Sequence record: PZ445521.1
Strand: one strand, 5' to 3'
Source of the DNA: a phage
Length of the DNA stretch: 64,000 bases
Shown here: piece by piece, positions 1 to 10,325 of the stretch
Position numbering within the stretch: position 1 is the stretch's first letter
How the letters are laid out: every line of letters begins with the position of its first letter
The notes under the pieces: model-generated
Databases searched by the model: none
What the model saw: only the letters and a program-made list of their open reading frames with translations
Told to the model about the DNA's origin: nothing
Made by a program: the position numbers and the translations under genes

Positions 1-218
1 TATGCTTGAGCAGATTCATCTGGACGAATAGCTTCGTCAAAATTCGCCTGCATTTGTTCGACTGTTTGCTTTGGAGCTTCTTTATAACACTTGACATTAG
101 GATTATAAAATTTGCTTGAACAGTTTACAATTTTTCCTGCATCAGACTGATTTACTACCGGTCCTTGAGCTACACAACCAGTAAGACCTAATGCAATAAC
201 CAAAATAGCGATTTTCAT
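1..218 (-). CDS. putative lipoprotein, N-terminal part only (gene runs past window start)
   Basis: ATG at 218-216 preceded by GAGGAA RBS; N-terminus MKIAILVIALGLTGC is a signal peptide plus lipobox; not in ORF track because truncated. Confidence 0.4.
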   Translation of the reverse strand, partial: MKIAILVIALGLTGCVAQGPVVNQSDAGKIVNCSSKFYNPNVKCYKEAPKQTVEQMQANFDEAIRPDESAQA

Positions 219-228
219 AATAATTTCC

Positions 229-465
229 TCAAATGCAAGTAGTAATTACTCCAGTAGTGCTTATGCAGGTATTACCCATTTGCACACCTAAAGATCCATT
301 TGTATTCACATGAAGATTATCATCAATTTTAACTGATATTTTACCATTAGTGTGAATAACAGTGCTAGATTCAATCACAGGTTGAGTATCATTTTCAACA
401 CTAACAAATGGAACTGCTGCTAATGCAACTAAACAAACTGCTAAGCATCCCATAACAATTTTCAT
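229..465 (-). CDS. small secreted/membrane protein in the imm position downstream of gene 43 (78 aa, MKIVMGCLAV...)
   Basis: ORF track 229..522 trimmed to internal ATG with GGAGAA RBS; hydrophobic N-terminus; track N-terminal extension runs through an early promoter. Confidence 0.45.
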   Translation of the reverse strand: MKIVMGCLAVCLVALAAVPFVSVENDTQPVIESSTVIHTNGKISVKIDDNLHVNTNGSLGVQMGNTCISTTGVITTCI

Positions 466-494
466 TTTATTCTCCAAATCCGTATCAGTAGTTG

Positions 495-540
495 ATAGTT
501 GTATAGTACCATGGAAGAACATTCTTGTAAACAGTTTTGT
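495..540 (-). promoter_or_regulatory. T4-type early promoter
   Basis: minus strand GTTTACA, 17 bp, TACTATAC, A/T-rich upstream element. Confidence 0.7.
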
Positions 541-619
541 GAAAATTTTTTAGGGAATTCTAAATGTCCAGAATCATCTGTTTTTCATAAGTATAGATTT
601 ATATTACTTGTATGAAAAA

Positions 620-636
620 GGGACCCGGAGGTCCCT
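620..636 (-). terminator. stem-loop downstream of gene 43
   Basis: GGGACC-(tetraloop)-GGTCCC. Confidence 0.5.
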
Positions 637-648
637 AGATTTATTCTA

Positions 649-3345
649 TCAGCCAAACAGGAAGTCTAACGAAGCTTTTTCTTCATAGTCCATACCAGCC
701 GATTCACACATGCCCGCAAGCGGTTTAACAAACGATTTTTGGAACAAAGTTGAGTAGTCAATCCAAGACAGTACGTCAGAACGAATTTCTTTTGGAAGTT
801 CTGTACCCGACGGCCAAGCAATGCATTTGTCACCAAATGGATTTCCTTCACGCAATGGAAGAACCATTACTTTATTTCCATCCAAAATTGGAGCTACACC
901 TAAACCGCTAACAGCTCGACGATAAGTTAGCACACCACGAATATGGAACGGACATTTAAATCCTGGCCAACCTTTATCATCATATTTCGCTATATCGTTC
1001 GCAGTTTTTACTTCAGCAATAACTTTATAGTCAAGTTGACGATATTCTTTCTCGAAGTTCTTGTAATATTCTTGGACAGACTCTTCACCTTCCTGAAGAA
1101 TACGACGAATACTTTCTTCGAGAGCTTCTTGGACCGCTTTAGGCGTTGAACTTTGCTGAGTTTCCATACCCATGATTTTTAGATGCGGTTCAGCAAATCG
1201 CTTATCTTCCATATCATAAACGTTCAGAGCATAACGCTTTTTCGCTTTCCAAAATCCACCAACGCCCTTTGAACCAAGTGGAGGGCAAGAAATAGCTTCA
1301 CGGTCCATATGCATCAGATGCTCGCGGTTATTCATATAATCACATAACTCACGATATGCAACATCAATCATAGGTTCCATCTTTTTCTTACCGAACTGAT
1401 TCATGAATTCAACTAAATCGTTCTGCTCTTTGAATCGGTCAAGACCAACTTTTTCAATAACTTTATCTACACAAACATATACCGAATCAGTATCACCTGC
1501 TGCGATGAAATCTTCGCCATTAGTTCCGCATACTTTATTCAGATATTCATTAATTTTACGAGCAATCCACTGAATACCAACTTGGCCGAAAATTGTGATA
1601 GCAGTAGCATTTCGCAAATCATAGTAACGGAAATGAATATTACCAAGAGCACCGTAAAGGCTGTTAATAAGAATTTTACGGTTCAGCTGATTTGTATTAG
1701 CAAGTGTAGCAGCTTTTTCACATTCTTCAATCAGACTATTGAGAACAGATTCAGTATAATTCGATAGTTCATTTAAGAAATCATCACTGAACTTAACATA
1801 TCGTTCAACTTCAGGTTTAGTTGAACAAGACCCTGCGCCTTTCATAATAATCTTTTTAATAGCTTCGGCATTCATTTCTTCAGCGAACATTTTCTTTTTC
1901 CAATCTTTACGCTGGAAAAATACTTTAGCGATTTCCTTTGGAATGATACCTTCTTGATGCTTATCATACATCCATCCATTCGGAGAACAAGAATATTCAT
2001 CACTCGGTTTAGGAGCTGTTCCTGCGATATATTCATGAATTGGATGAACTTTAAACTGACCACGAATAGTCTCAGGACTAATGTTAACCTGACGAATAAT
2101 GCTCGGATACAGAGACGTCAAGTCAAAACTCATAATATATCGACGAGCAATTGGTTTAGGTTCAAATACGAATGCACCCGGAAAACTCTGTTTAACGTGC
2201 GAACCTTGTTGAGGAATAACCTTATGTTCACCTTTCAATGAGTTAAAAATAATAGCATCCCAGGTTTTAATAGGACTCATTACACCAGAAAAAGGCATTT
2301 TAGCGTAATAAGACATACTTAAAACTAGATCGATAAACCCGCGAATTTTATCAATTGCTTGAACTGATTCTACGTCAATGATGTTATAACTAATGTATCG
2401 TTGATGATTAGTCTCACGAAGTTTATTAATAGGACCGTCGTATGGTAATTTACCTTTTTTGGTTTCATGTTGAGCAACTGATTCCAAAGAGAATGACGGC
2501 AAATTAGTAAAAGCGAATTTCTTGTACAAATCTAAATAATCAAGAATAGATACGCCATCAATAGAATAAATTTCTTTGCTACCGTACATATTTTGAATTA
2601 GTTTAGATTTTACCCGACCGATTGGAGAGAAACGTTTCATACTGCGTTCACCGAGAACCATTTTAACGCGATTCATGATATATGGAACGTCAAACCCCTC
2701 AATATTCCAACCAGTAAAAATAGCAGGTCGTTTCTGTTCCCAGAGATTGATATATTCCATGAGCATATCACGCTCATTATCGAATGGCATATAAATTACT
2801 CGGTCAAGAATTTCTTGAGGAACTTCATCACCACCTTCGCAGTCAAGCTTAGCAGCTAACTTTGCATCCCATTTTGATACTGAACCGTACATTGAATTCA
2901 AAAGGTCGAAAACATAAAAACGATCATCAATTGAATCGTAATGAGTGATAACATCAATTTCATATTCAGCTTTCATTGGGTCAGGAAATTTATCACCAGT
3001 AACCTCAATGTCACAGTTAGCTACACGAACAAATTTTCGGTCATAAACAATTTCTGAACCGTATGTATCACTGATATAAGCGAGTTTAAAATCGTTCATA
3101 CCGAGAGCTTCGAGACCGATGTCTTCCATTCGCTTCATCCAATCTCGAGCATCTTTCATTGATGGAAATTTTTGAGGAGCGCAATTTTTACCATAAATGT
3201 CTTTGTATTTTGACTCTTCCTTACAATGCCTAAACATAGTCGGAAGATATTCTACTTCACGAGTACGTTCCTTTCCGTTTTCATCAATATAACGTTCAAC
3301 AATGTTATTTCCGACTGTTTCGATAGAGATATAAAATTCTTTCAT
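649..3345 (-). CDS. 43: DNA polymerase gp43 (family B, with 3'-5' exonuclease)
   Basis: 898 aa as in T4 gp43; GDTDS polymerase motif; C-terminal ...SLDFLFG clamp-binding tail; synteny with regA-62-44-45. Confidence 0.96.
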   Translation of the reverse strand: MKEFYISIETVGNNIVERYIDENGKERTREVEYLPTMFRHCKEESKYKDIYGKNCAPQKFPSMKDARDWMKRMEDIGLEALGMNDFKLAYISDTYGSEIVYDRKFVRVANCDIEVTGDKFPDPMKAEYEIDVITHYDSIDDRFYVFDLLNSMYGSVSKWDAKLAAKLDCEGGDEVPQEILDRVIYMPFDNERDMLMEYINLWEQKRPAIFTGWNIEGFDVPYIMNRVKMVLGERSMKRFSPIGRVKSKLIQNMYGSKEIYSIDGVSILDYLDLYKKFAFTNLPSFSLESVAQHETKKGKLPYDGPINKLRETNHQRYISYNIIDVESVQAIDKIRGFIDLVLSMSYYAKMPFSGVMSPIKTWDAIIFNSLKGEHKVIPQQGSHVKQSFPGAFVFEPKPIARRYIMSFDLTSLYPSIIRQVNISPETIRGQFKVHPIHEYIAGTAPKPSDEYSCSPNGWMYDKHQEGIIPKEIAKVFFQRKDWKKKMFAEEMNAEAIKKIIMKGAGSCSTKPEVERYVKFSDDFLNELSNYTESVLNSLIEECEKAATLANTNQLNRKILINSLYGALGNIHFRYYDLRNATAITIFGQVGIQWIARKINEYLNKVCGTNGEDFIAAGDTDSVYVCVDKVIEKVGLDRFKEQNDLVEFMNQFGKKKMEPMIDVAYRELCDYMNNREHLMHMDREAISCPPLGSKGVGGFWKAKKRYALNVYDMEDKRFAEPHLKIMGMETQQSSTPKAVQEALEESIRRILQEGEESVQEYYKNFEKEYRQLDYKVIAEVKTANDIAKYDDKGWPGFKCPFHIRGVLTYRRAVSGLGVAPILDGNKVMVLPLREGNPFGDKCIAWPSGTELPKEIRSDVLSWIDYSTLFQKSFVKPLAGMCESAGMDYEEKASLDFLFG

Positions 3346-3405
3346 AGATATTCCTTAGTTTATAGCCCGAGTTATTAGGCTCTTGATATATTATACTCCA
3401 AATAA

Positions 3406-3419
3406 GGGGCCGAAGCCCC
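3406..3419 (-). terminator. UUCG-tetraloop hairpin
   Basis: plus-strand GGGGCCGAAGCCCC = minus-strand GGGGCUUCGGCCCC. Confidence 0.55.
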
Positions 3420-3425
3420 TTTGCT

Positions 3426-3662
3426 TTAAATTTCTATTGTACGACGCGATATAACGGACTTGCCATCTGTATTTGTGGTTTTGATAATCGCATGAAATGC
3501 GCGTTGGCGTGGGTAAACTAATCGTTGGAATTCTTTTTGGAATTCTATTTGTTTATCTTCCGGGAGGTCAAAAACCAGTTGGGTAGAAGACAGACCATAT
3601 GTTTGTTTTAGATTTTCGAATATTAGAAAAGCTTCGGTAAACTGAATCTCTGATTGTGTCAT
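3426..3662 (-). CDS. hypothetical protein between regA and gene 43 (78 aa)
   Basis: ORF track 3426..3713 trimmed to ATG at 3662 with AAGG RBS; followed by UUCG hairpin. Confidence 0.4.
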   Translation of the reverse strand: MTQSEIQFTEAFLIFENLKQTYGLSSTQLVFDLPEDKQIEFQKEFQRLVYPRQRAFHAIIKTTNTDGKSVISRRTIEI

Positions 3663-3672
3663 ATAATTTACC

Positions 3673-4041
3673 TTAATTACCAATCGTATATTTAGGAACG
3701 AGTTTCCATTCATGTTTTTGCTTAAAAGAAATAACTCGGAAGTTATTAGTTAAATCTTTCATAAAAGTTCTTTGACCAGGAACGATTTCAATCAGTCCCC
3801 AATCTTCTAACAACCATGCTATTGAATCACGACGAACTTCATCTTCTTCTGTCATTTCAACTTGGCGACCATCCATACGAAGCATTTCTTTAAAATGAAC
3901 GATATAGTATAGTCCTTTTTTCTGAAGAATATGACAGGACTGATACAGAACTTTATCTTTATTATTAGCAATTCCCATACGAGTCAAAGTTTCTTTTACT
4001 TTCAGAAAATCTTCAGGTTTTTTAAGAGTAATTTCAATCAT
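3673..4041 (-). CDS. regA: translational repressor RegA
   Basis: 122 aa, MIEITLKKPEDFLKV...; length and position as T4 RegA. Confidence 0.9.
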   Translation of the reverse strand: MIEITLKKPEDFLKVKETLTRMGIANNKDKVLYQSCHILQKKGLYYIVHFKEMLRMDGRQVEMTEEDEVRRDSIAWLLEDWGLIEIVPGQRTFMKDLTNNFRVISFKQKHEWKLVPKYTIGN

Positions 4042-4042
4042 T

Positions 4043-4606
4043 TTACCATTCCAATGCTAGTTTTTTGAGTTGTTTCTGTTCTTTTACGTTCTTAGTCACT
4101 TCTTTCAAAAAATCATCCGTGACTAATCCTTTAAGTTCTTTTAATACTAAAGGAAGTTTTCCATTTTTAGTAAGAATTGATTTATAGTTAATTGCATCAT
4201 TTGTATTAACTTGATACCGCTTAGCAAGTAACTTAATAATCAATACTTCGGTGGAATCTTCAACTAGTTTTGCCCATTTACCATATCTTTTACCACGAGG
4301 AACTGCAGCCATTAGATAATTAAAATGAGCTTCATCACTTAAGCCTGATCCAATTAAATTCATAGCATATACAGCTGGCATGCACTCTGGAAATTGTGAT
4401 AATGCATTTTCGACCATGAATTTTGAATAATCTTTTTGAGCAATTGAGCATTTAGTTTTATTATTGATAGCTCCAATTATTTCAAAAAATTCATTTTCAG
4501 CTTTTTCTTTAAAAGAATCAGCAGCGGATTGGACAGCTGTCCAATCTTTTGAATACCAAGCAATTTGATGCTCGTTTAATTGAATATCATCTTCAAATAA
4601 GCTCAT
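4043..4606 (-). CDS. 62: clamp loader small subunit gp62
   Basis: 187 aa; synteny between regA and 44. Confidence 0.88.
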   Translation of the reverse strand: MSLFEDDIQLNEHQIAWYSKDWTAVQSAADSFKEKAENEFFEIIGAINNKTKCSIAQKDYSKFMVENALSQFPECMPAVYAMNLIGSGLSDEAHFNYLMAAVPRGKRYGKWAKLVEDSTEVLIIKLLAKRYQVNTNDAINYKSILTKNGKLPLVLKELKGLVTDDFLKEVTKNVKEQKQLKKLALEW

Positions 4607-4607
4607 A

Positions 4608-5567
4608 TCACTTCCACTGCATTTCGCATGCTAATTGAATGAAAAGATAAGCTAAATGCAATTCAGTATTAGCTGCAATACCATGATACTGATTATTTTC
4701 GCCGACAATTTCGTACATACGAATAATACTTTGTGGAGTTACACGTGAATAGATTTCTTCGGCAAGTTTACCCACGAACCACGAATAATCGGCTGCATAT
4801 TTTGGTGCTAAAGCTCTGAGTTGTTTAACATCTTTATTTTTGAGAGACTCAAGAACATCATCAATAGCACCACGATCGTTAGTAACCAGTGATAAAATAC
4901 CAGCATCCAAAACACCTTTAGATGAATAACTATCGAGCTCGCCAATAGTTTTACGAAAATCAGGAAAATTCTTTTTAACCAAAGCTGCCACAACTTTCAT
5001 ATCAGCTATAGCAATACCTTCATGTTTACAGATTTCAGTCAATCGACGAATCATCTGCTTCATCATTTCAATTTTATCTTCATCGGTCGGTTGACCGAAC
5101 GTAATAACTCGGCAGCGTGACTGAAGTGGTTTAATAATACCATCAATATTGTTAGCAGTAATAATAATACTACAGTTTGAACTATAAGCTTCCATAAAGG
5201 AACGAAGATGTCGCTGAGATTCTGCTAAACCTGAACGGTCAAATTCATCAATAACGATTACTTTTTGACGACCATCAAATGAAGCGGCGCTGGCAAAATT
5301 AGTCAAAGGACCACGAACGAAATCAATTTTACAGTCTGATCCATTCACAAACATCATATCAGCATTTACATCATGACACAATGCTTTTGCTACAGTTGTT
5401 TTACCTGTTCCTGGAGAAGGAGAATGAAGAATAATATGTGGAATCTTACCTTTACTTGTAATAGATTTAAAGGTTTCTTTATCAAAGGCGGGAAGAATAC
5501 ATTCATCGATAGTAGATGGACGATATTTCTGTTCAAGAATGTGTTCTTTTTCATTTACGGTAATCAT
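4608..5567 (-). CDS. 44: clamp loader ATPase gp44
   Basis: Walker A GTGKTT, Walker B VIVIDEFD; track start 5582 is TTG, trimmed to ATG at 5567 with GAGGAA RBS giving 319 aa as in T4. Confidence 0.93.
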
Positions 5568-5602
5568 AATTTCCTCATTCAAGTTTTAGTGTAAATTATA
5601 AA

Positions 5603-5614
5603 GGGCCGAAGCCC
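5603..5614 (-). terminator. UUCG-tetraloop hairpin between genes 45 and 44
   Basis: GGGCCGAAGCCC. Confidence 0.55.
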
Positions 5615-5618
5615 TCTA

Positions 5619-6305
5619 TTAAAAATCATGGGTAGAATCAGCTTCAAGAGCTACTACATAATTCGCATGTTCACCTTCAAATTTAGCAGCGCCTTGTTTA
5701 CCTTTTGCCCAAAGCAGAAGTTTATAATTTCCTGGTTGCATTTTCATATTTGCCATATTGATAATGAAATTAAATGTGTTTTCACCATCATAATCACCAA
5801 GAGTCAAAGAATATTTAACACGAGTCAAAGCAGAATCTTCTACTTTATTAAAACCGTTAATTACGATTTTACCTTCTTTTACTGTGATAGCAATTGTATC
5901 AATCTGCAGACCGCGAGATACACGCAACAGCTGTTGAAGGTCTTCAGCTTTAATTTCGGTAACAACAGATGCTACCGGGAATGGAATTGGTTTATTAGGA
6001 GCAACTACTGTACTCGGATCGGCTGCTGGCCAAAAAATTGTTGAACGGGCATCAGCAATTTTAATATTTCCATCTTCTGACTGGGAAATTTCTGCATCAT
6101 CATTAACTAGAGACAGAATACCGAGAAAACCGTTCAAATCGTAAATTGCTACATCAAAATCAATAACGTCAGAAATATTTGCTTCCGCATAAGTTGTACC
6201 ATTAACTGCGCGAGTCATAATAAATTGACCGGATTTAAGCATAATACCGGAGTTAATAGTAGCGAAATTTTTAAGCAGAGCAGTAGTATCTTTAGACAGT
6301 TTCAT
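5619..6305 (-). CDS. 45: sliding clamp gp45
   Basis: 228 aa, same length and position as T4 gp45. Confidence 0.92.
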   Translation of the reverse strand: MKLSKDTTALLKNFATINSGIMLKSGQFIMTRAVNGTTYAEANISDVIDFDVAIYDLNGFLGILSLVNDDAEISQSEDGNIKIADARSTIFWPAADPSTVVAPNKPIPFPVASVVTEIKAEDLQQLLRVSRGLQIDTIAITVKEGKIVINGFNKVEDSALTRVKYSLTLGDYDGENTFNFIINMANMKMQPGNYKLLLWAKGKQGAAKFEGEHANYVVALEADSTHDF

Positions 6306-6360
6306 GTAATTTCCTTCAATTCAAATGAGATTTAATTTTATAACTAATTTAATAAAGCAA

Positions 6361-6750
6361 TTAACGATTAAAATCAGCCGCAATTGTTTCCGCAACAATT
6401 TGTGCAGCAACAATTAGACGTTCATCTGCATTACCGCAATAATCATCTTCAAGGCGTTCACCACATGAAGTCATAATAAATTTAGCACCGGCGTTTAGTG
6501 ATTCTGCAGTATGTTTGCGCATTAGTTCAATCCATTTATTACTTACTTCACGATCGATAGCTTCATAATACGCATGGCGAGCAGGTGCAGATTTAATTTT
6601 GTTCTGAATAACTTCCATTGCGTTATCAGAAAGAGACAAAACCCATGCTCGACGAATTTTATTTTGGTTTTGTGGATTTGATTCAGAACGCACGTGTTTT
6701 GGCTGAATATCTTTTACGTCAACAGTATAATTCACAGTAATTTTAGTCAT
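6361..6750 (-). CDS. rpbA: RNA polymerase binding protein RpbA
   Basis: 129 aa ORF directly upstream of gene 45 as in T4. Confidence 0.75.
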   Translation of the reverse strand: MTKITVNYTVDVKDIQPKHVRSESNPQNQNKIRRAWVLSLSDNAMEVIQNKIKSAPARHAYYEAIDREVSNKWIELMRKHTAESLNAGAKFIMTSCGERLEDDYCGNADERLIVAAQIVAETIAADFNR

Positions 6751-6759
6751 AATACACCT

Positions 6760-6948
6760 TTAGTCATAATAATCAGTAACAGTCCAAGCTTCATTTCTAT
6801 TGGACATTATTTTTGTATATTCTGCTTTAAATGCATTCCTAAGCATAGATTCAGTAACTATATGCTCTTCATTAGAAAAATTATTTCTCAGAATATATCG
6901 TTTTATTTCAGGAATAGTTAATAGATGTTGTCCAGTTGAATATTCCAT
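6760..6948 (-). CDS. hypothetical protein 45.2
   Basis: 62 aa ORF between rpbA and 46. Confidence 0.55.
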   Translation of the reverse strand: MEYSTGQHLLTIPEIKRYILRNNFSNEEHIVTESMLRNAFKAEYTKIMSNRNEAWTVTDYYD

Positions 6949-7003
6949 GTTTTTCCTCCACAGAGATTATACTCTAATAAATTAAAGCATAATCTCTTAT
7001 AAA

Positions 7004-8686
7004 TTAAACCATTACAGTAAATCGACCAACTTTCTTCATTTGAAGATGCTGACCATATTCTTGCGGGTCATGGTCTTTATGCGAAATTATAAAAACATTA
7101 GTGTTTTTCATTGAATTTATAATATTAGCTACACCTTTAATACCTTCGGCGTCAAATGACCCATCAAACACTTCATCGAGTATTAATGTACTAATACTAA
7201 CACCAGATACAATAGAAGCAATATCACGCCAAGTAAATAAAAGAGCAATATCAATTCTTGCCTTTTCACCTTCACTAAATGAAGCATAACTAAAATCTTC
7301 ACGACCACGGGATTTAATTGTCTCATTAAATTCTTCATCTAATGTAAACACATAATCCGCTTCCATTATTTTAAGATAATGGTTAATCTGCTTATTAAAT
7401 AATGGAATGTACTTTTTAATAATAGCACCTTTAATACCAGAATCTTTGAGCATATCAGTCAAAATTCCTCTGTGGTATTTTTCCATTACTAAATTAGTTT
7501 TTGTCTTAACAATTTTATCAAGTTCTTCTTGAAGCAGTGCTATTTCATCAGCATGGTCAATAAACTCAGAAGATGCTTTTTCTATAGCCGCTTTAACCTT
7601 TTTAGCTTTATCTACCGTCGTGATTAGAGATTGCTTTTTATTGCGAATATCATTTGCCAACGACTGTTGGGTTTTAATATTATCTCGGTATTCATCAACA
7701 AGAACTTTTAAATTATCACGGTGTGTTGAAAGCTGTTCAAACGAATGCGTACATTCAGAAACTTTATCTTTAATTTTAGAAACAACTTTATCACCGGAAC
7801 TTAATTGTGACAAACAGGTTGGACATAATCCACCTTCGTGATACATATTAATGACTTTATTATATGAGTCAATTTTTGATTTAATTAAAACTGCTTCTTG
7901 ACCGATTTTATTAAATGCATCAGTCGGGTCTTCATCCAAAACAATATTAACTAATCTTTCATTAGCTTCTTCTATTTCCGATTTTAGCGTTCTAGCTTCT
8001 TTTGCCAAATCATCGTACATATTTTGCAGACGAGTAAGGTTGTCACCCGTTAATTTTTTCTGGCGTTCAACGTTATCATTATATATTTTAATTTGTTGGA
8101 TAATACTATCTTTTTTAACATCAAGCACTTGGTTCTGCGAATTTAATTCACGTATTAGTGCTTTATTAAGCTTATCCATTTCAGCTAATGTTCCTACCTC
8201 GAGCAGGTCTTCCACAAGCTTTCTTCGCGCAGGGGTCGACAAACCCATGAAAGGGGTATACCCTGCTGTACCAAGGACAACAATCTGCTTGAAACTGGCA
8301 TATGACATTCCGATAAGCTGTTCAAATTCTGCTTGGAAATCTTTACTGCTGGCAGATTCATTAAGACGCGTACCGTTAACGGTGATTTCGAAAACGTTTG
8401 GTTTTTGTCCTCTTTTGATATAGTACTTTTTCTCATCATATTCCATCCACAGTTCAACTAAAAGTTCTTTCTTATTTGTGCTGTTTATTAATTGACCTTT
8501 CTTTACATCGCGAAATGGCTTGCCAAAAAGCCCAAATGTGATGGCTTCTAGCATAGTAGACTTACCACCGCCATTTCGTCCAGTAATAAGAGTTTTTTGA
8601 ACCTTATCTAATTGAATGTCAATAGGATTTCCACCTACTGACATTATATTTTGATACCTAACTCGATTTAGTTTAAAATTCTTCAC
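7004..8686 (-). CDS. 46: recombination nuclease subunit gp46 (Rad50/SbcC-like ATPase)
   Basis: 560 aa; P-loop GRNGGGKST; long coiled-coil middle; GTG start overlapping upstream stop. Confidence 0.9.
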   Translation of the reverse strand: MKNFKLNRVRYQNIMSVGGNPIDIQLDKVQKTLITGRNGGGKSTMLEAITFGLFGKPFRDVKKGQLINSTNKKELLVELWMEYDEKKYYIKRGQKPNVFEITVNGTRLNESASSKDFQAEFEQLIGMSYASFKQIVVLGTAGYTPFMGLSTPARRKLVEDLLEVGTLAEMDKLNKALIRELNSQNQVLDVKKDSIIQQIKIYNDNVERQKKLTGDNLTRLQNMYDDLAKEARTLKSEIEEANERLVNIVLDEDPTDAFNKIGQEAVLIKSKIDSYNKVINMYHEGGLCPTCLSQLSSGDKVVSKIKDKVSECTHSFEQLSTHRDNLKVLVDEYRDNIKTQQSLANDIRNKKQSLITTVDKAKKVKAAIEKASSEFIDHADEIALLQEELDKIVKTKTNLVMEKYHRGILTDMLKDSGIKGAIIKKYIPLFNKQINHYLKIMEADYVFTLDEEFNETIKSRGREDFSYASFSEGEKARIDIALLFTWRDIASIVSGVSISTLILDEVFDGSFDAEGIKGVANIINSMKNTNVFIISHKDHDPQEYGQHLQMKKVGRFTVMV

Positions 8687-8946
8687 AAAAGATTCCTTTT
8701 AATGTATCTTTTAGACCATTCTATCATATCATCATAATCTAAAAAGTATTCGTCAAATTCAGCCATGCAAACAACGCCTTGTGCTGTTTTTGATGTAATG
8801 TAAATTATTCCAACATATCTAGAATCTTCTTCGATATAATCAATATTTGCTATGAATTCATCATTAATGTCAAATGTCGAAAACTTCACAGTATGCATCC
8901 TTAATACAAGATACAGCCATATCTCGTAATGATTTAGGTGTGTCAT
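8683..8946 (-). CDS. hypothetical protein (46.1 position)
   Basis: 87 aa ORF, stop overlaps gp46 start. Confidence 0.5.
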   Translation of the reverse strand: MTHLNHYEIWLYLVLRMHTVKFSTFDINDEFIANIDYIEEDSRYVGIIYITSKTAQGVVCMAEFDEYFLDYDDMIEWSKRYIKRNLL

Positions 8947-9133
8947 TATCTAAAATGTTGAAGTTAAAAGATACAGCCCAGTCAGTGCAGACTGTAACCT
9001 TTTTAATACAATTATCTTCAACCTCTAACGGTTCAAACCAATATTCAATAATTTCTTTATGCCCAATATCATCTTTTACTTCGCATTCAAAATGCTGACT
9101 CATCATAACATTTTTAAATTCATCAAAAGTCAT
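8870..9133 (-). CDS. hypothetical protein (46.2 position)
   Basis: 87 aa ORF, ATGA overlap with gp47 stop. Confidence 0.45.
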   Translation of the reverse strand: MTFDEFKNVMMSQHFECEVKDDIGHKEIIEYWFEPLEVEDNCIKKVTVCTDWAVSFNFNILDNDTPKSLRDMAVSCIKDAYCEVFDI

Positions 9134-10149
9134 TGTGTTGCCTCTACATATAACTGATTTGCATATTGAATAAGTGCTTCACGGTCAGAATCAGTGATGT
9201 CTGGAATTGCATTAATGTATTCTTCCATCAACGTCTGAAGAGATTGAACTTCAACTTCTTCACTGTCATCTGACTCGACAGAGTTATCAATCTTTGACAC
9301 AACTCGTAATGAATGCACAACTTTTTCTAGTTCAGATTCGAACTTCGTCAGATTTTTGTCTACTTCAGTTACTATAACACGTACTGATAGATTTGTAAAA
9401 TCTTTATAGTCAATTTTTCCTTTAAATGGATAATGAATTCTACGATGCCAGGTAGTATTGTTTGGAATAAATTCCATTCGTTCTGTTTCTGTATCAAACA
9501 TCCAGAACCCACGAGGGTCATTCTCGTCACCTGCAGTTAGTGTCCATGGTGTCCCAATATATCTGACGTTAGCAGCCTCAGAAATAGTATGGAAGTGACC
9601 AGACCACACCTCTTTATAAGTCTTAAGGAAATCAGGTTCAAGACCGTGAGATTTCATTCCTTTATAAAAATAAAATCCATTCAGCTCCCAGTGACCAACA
9701 CAAAAAGAAGCAGATGAAGTTTTGATGTGTTCAAGAATTTCACCAGTATTTTCTTCACACATCCAAGGAATTAAATCAATCAAACATCCGTCAAAATCTA
9801 CTGTAGTAGGCTTATCATATACTTTAACATTATGATATTTAGCCAAAAGCTCAGTAGAGGCATTTGGAGTTAAAGTATTTTTAAAGTGCATATCATGGTT
9901 TCCTACAACAGTATGTAGGGTAATACCAGCATCATCAAGCATTTGAACTATTTCACGAGCGAACTCCATAGTTTTATGCGTGATTGCTTTTCGCACATCA
10001 AAAATATCGCCGTATTGAATCCATGTAGTAATTCCATTTTTCTTAGAATATTCTATTGCTTGTTTAATTCCATCCAACTGAATGGATTGAACCCACTCAT
10101 CATCGGCTTTAACGCCTAAATGCCAATCACCTAAATTTAAAATTTTCAT
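9130..10149 (-). CDS. 47: recombination nuclease subunit gp47 (Mre11/SbcD-like phosphoesterase)
   Basis: 339 aa; calcineurin-like motifs GDWHLG and GNHD. Confidence 0.9.
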   Translation of the reverse strand: MKILNLGDWHLGVKADDEWVQSIQLDGIKQAIEYSKKNGITTWIQYGDIFDVRKAITHKTMEFAREIVQMLDDAGITLHTVVGNHDMHFKNTLTPNASTELLAKYHNVKVYDKPTTVDFDGCLIDLIPWMCEENTGEILEHIKTSSASFCVGHWELNGFYFYKGMKSHGLEPDFLKTYKEVWSGHFHTISEAANVRYIGTPWTLTAGDENDPRGFWMFDTETERMEFIPNNTTWHRRIHYPFKGKIDYKDFTNLSVRVIVTEVDKNLTKFESELEKVVHSLRVVSKIDNSVESDDSEEVEVQSLQTLMEEYINAIPDITDSDREALIQYANQLYVEATQ

Positions 10150-10311
10150 ATATCAAGAACCGTCATTGAAATGCAAAATAAAATTATTGAAATAAATCCA
10201 TCTGGAGTGCTAAAGAACCCAATCCAACATGCTCTAGTGAATAGATAAAATGCAAGAAAAAGTATCACATATCCAAGAAATATCATTATATCAAACTCCG
10301 TATAAAGCTAA

Positions 10312-10325
10312 AGGGCCGAAGCCCT
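10312..10325 (-). terminator. UUCG-tetraloop hairpin downstream of a-gt
   Basis: GGGCCGAAGCCC. Confidence 0.55.

Noticed and set aside
943-8423. Plus-strand ORFs nested inside minus-strand replication genes (e.g. 943..1149, 1582..1767, 1954..2241, 5628..6044, 8040..8423)
   Set aside because: Antisense to long, well-supported genes, low-complexity hydrophobic translations, no RBS; typical chance ORFs in AT-rich DNA.
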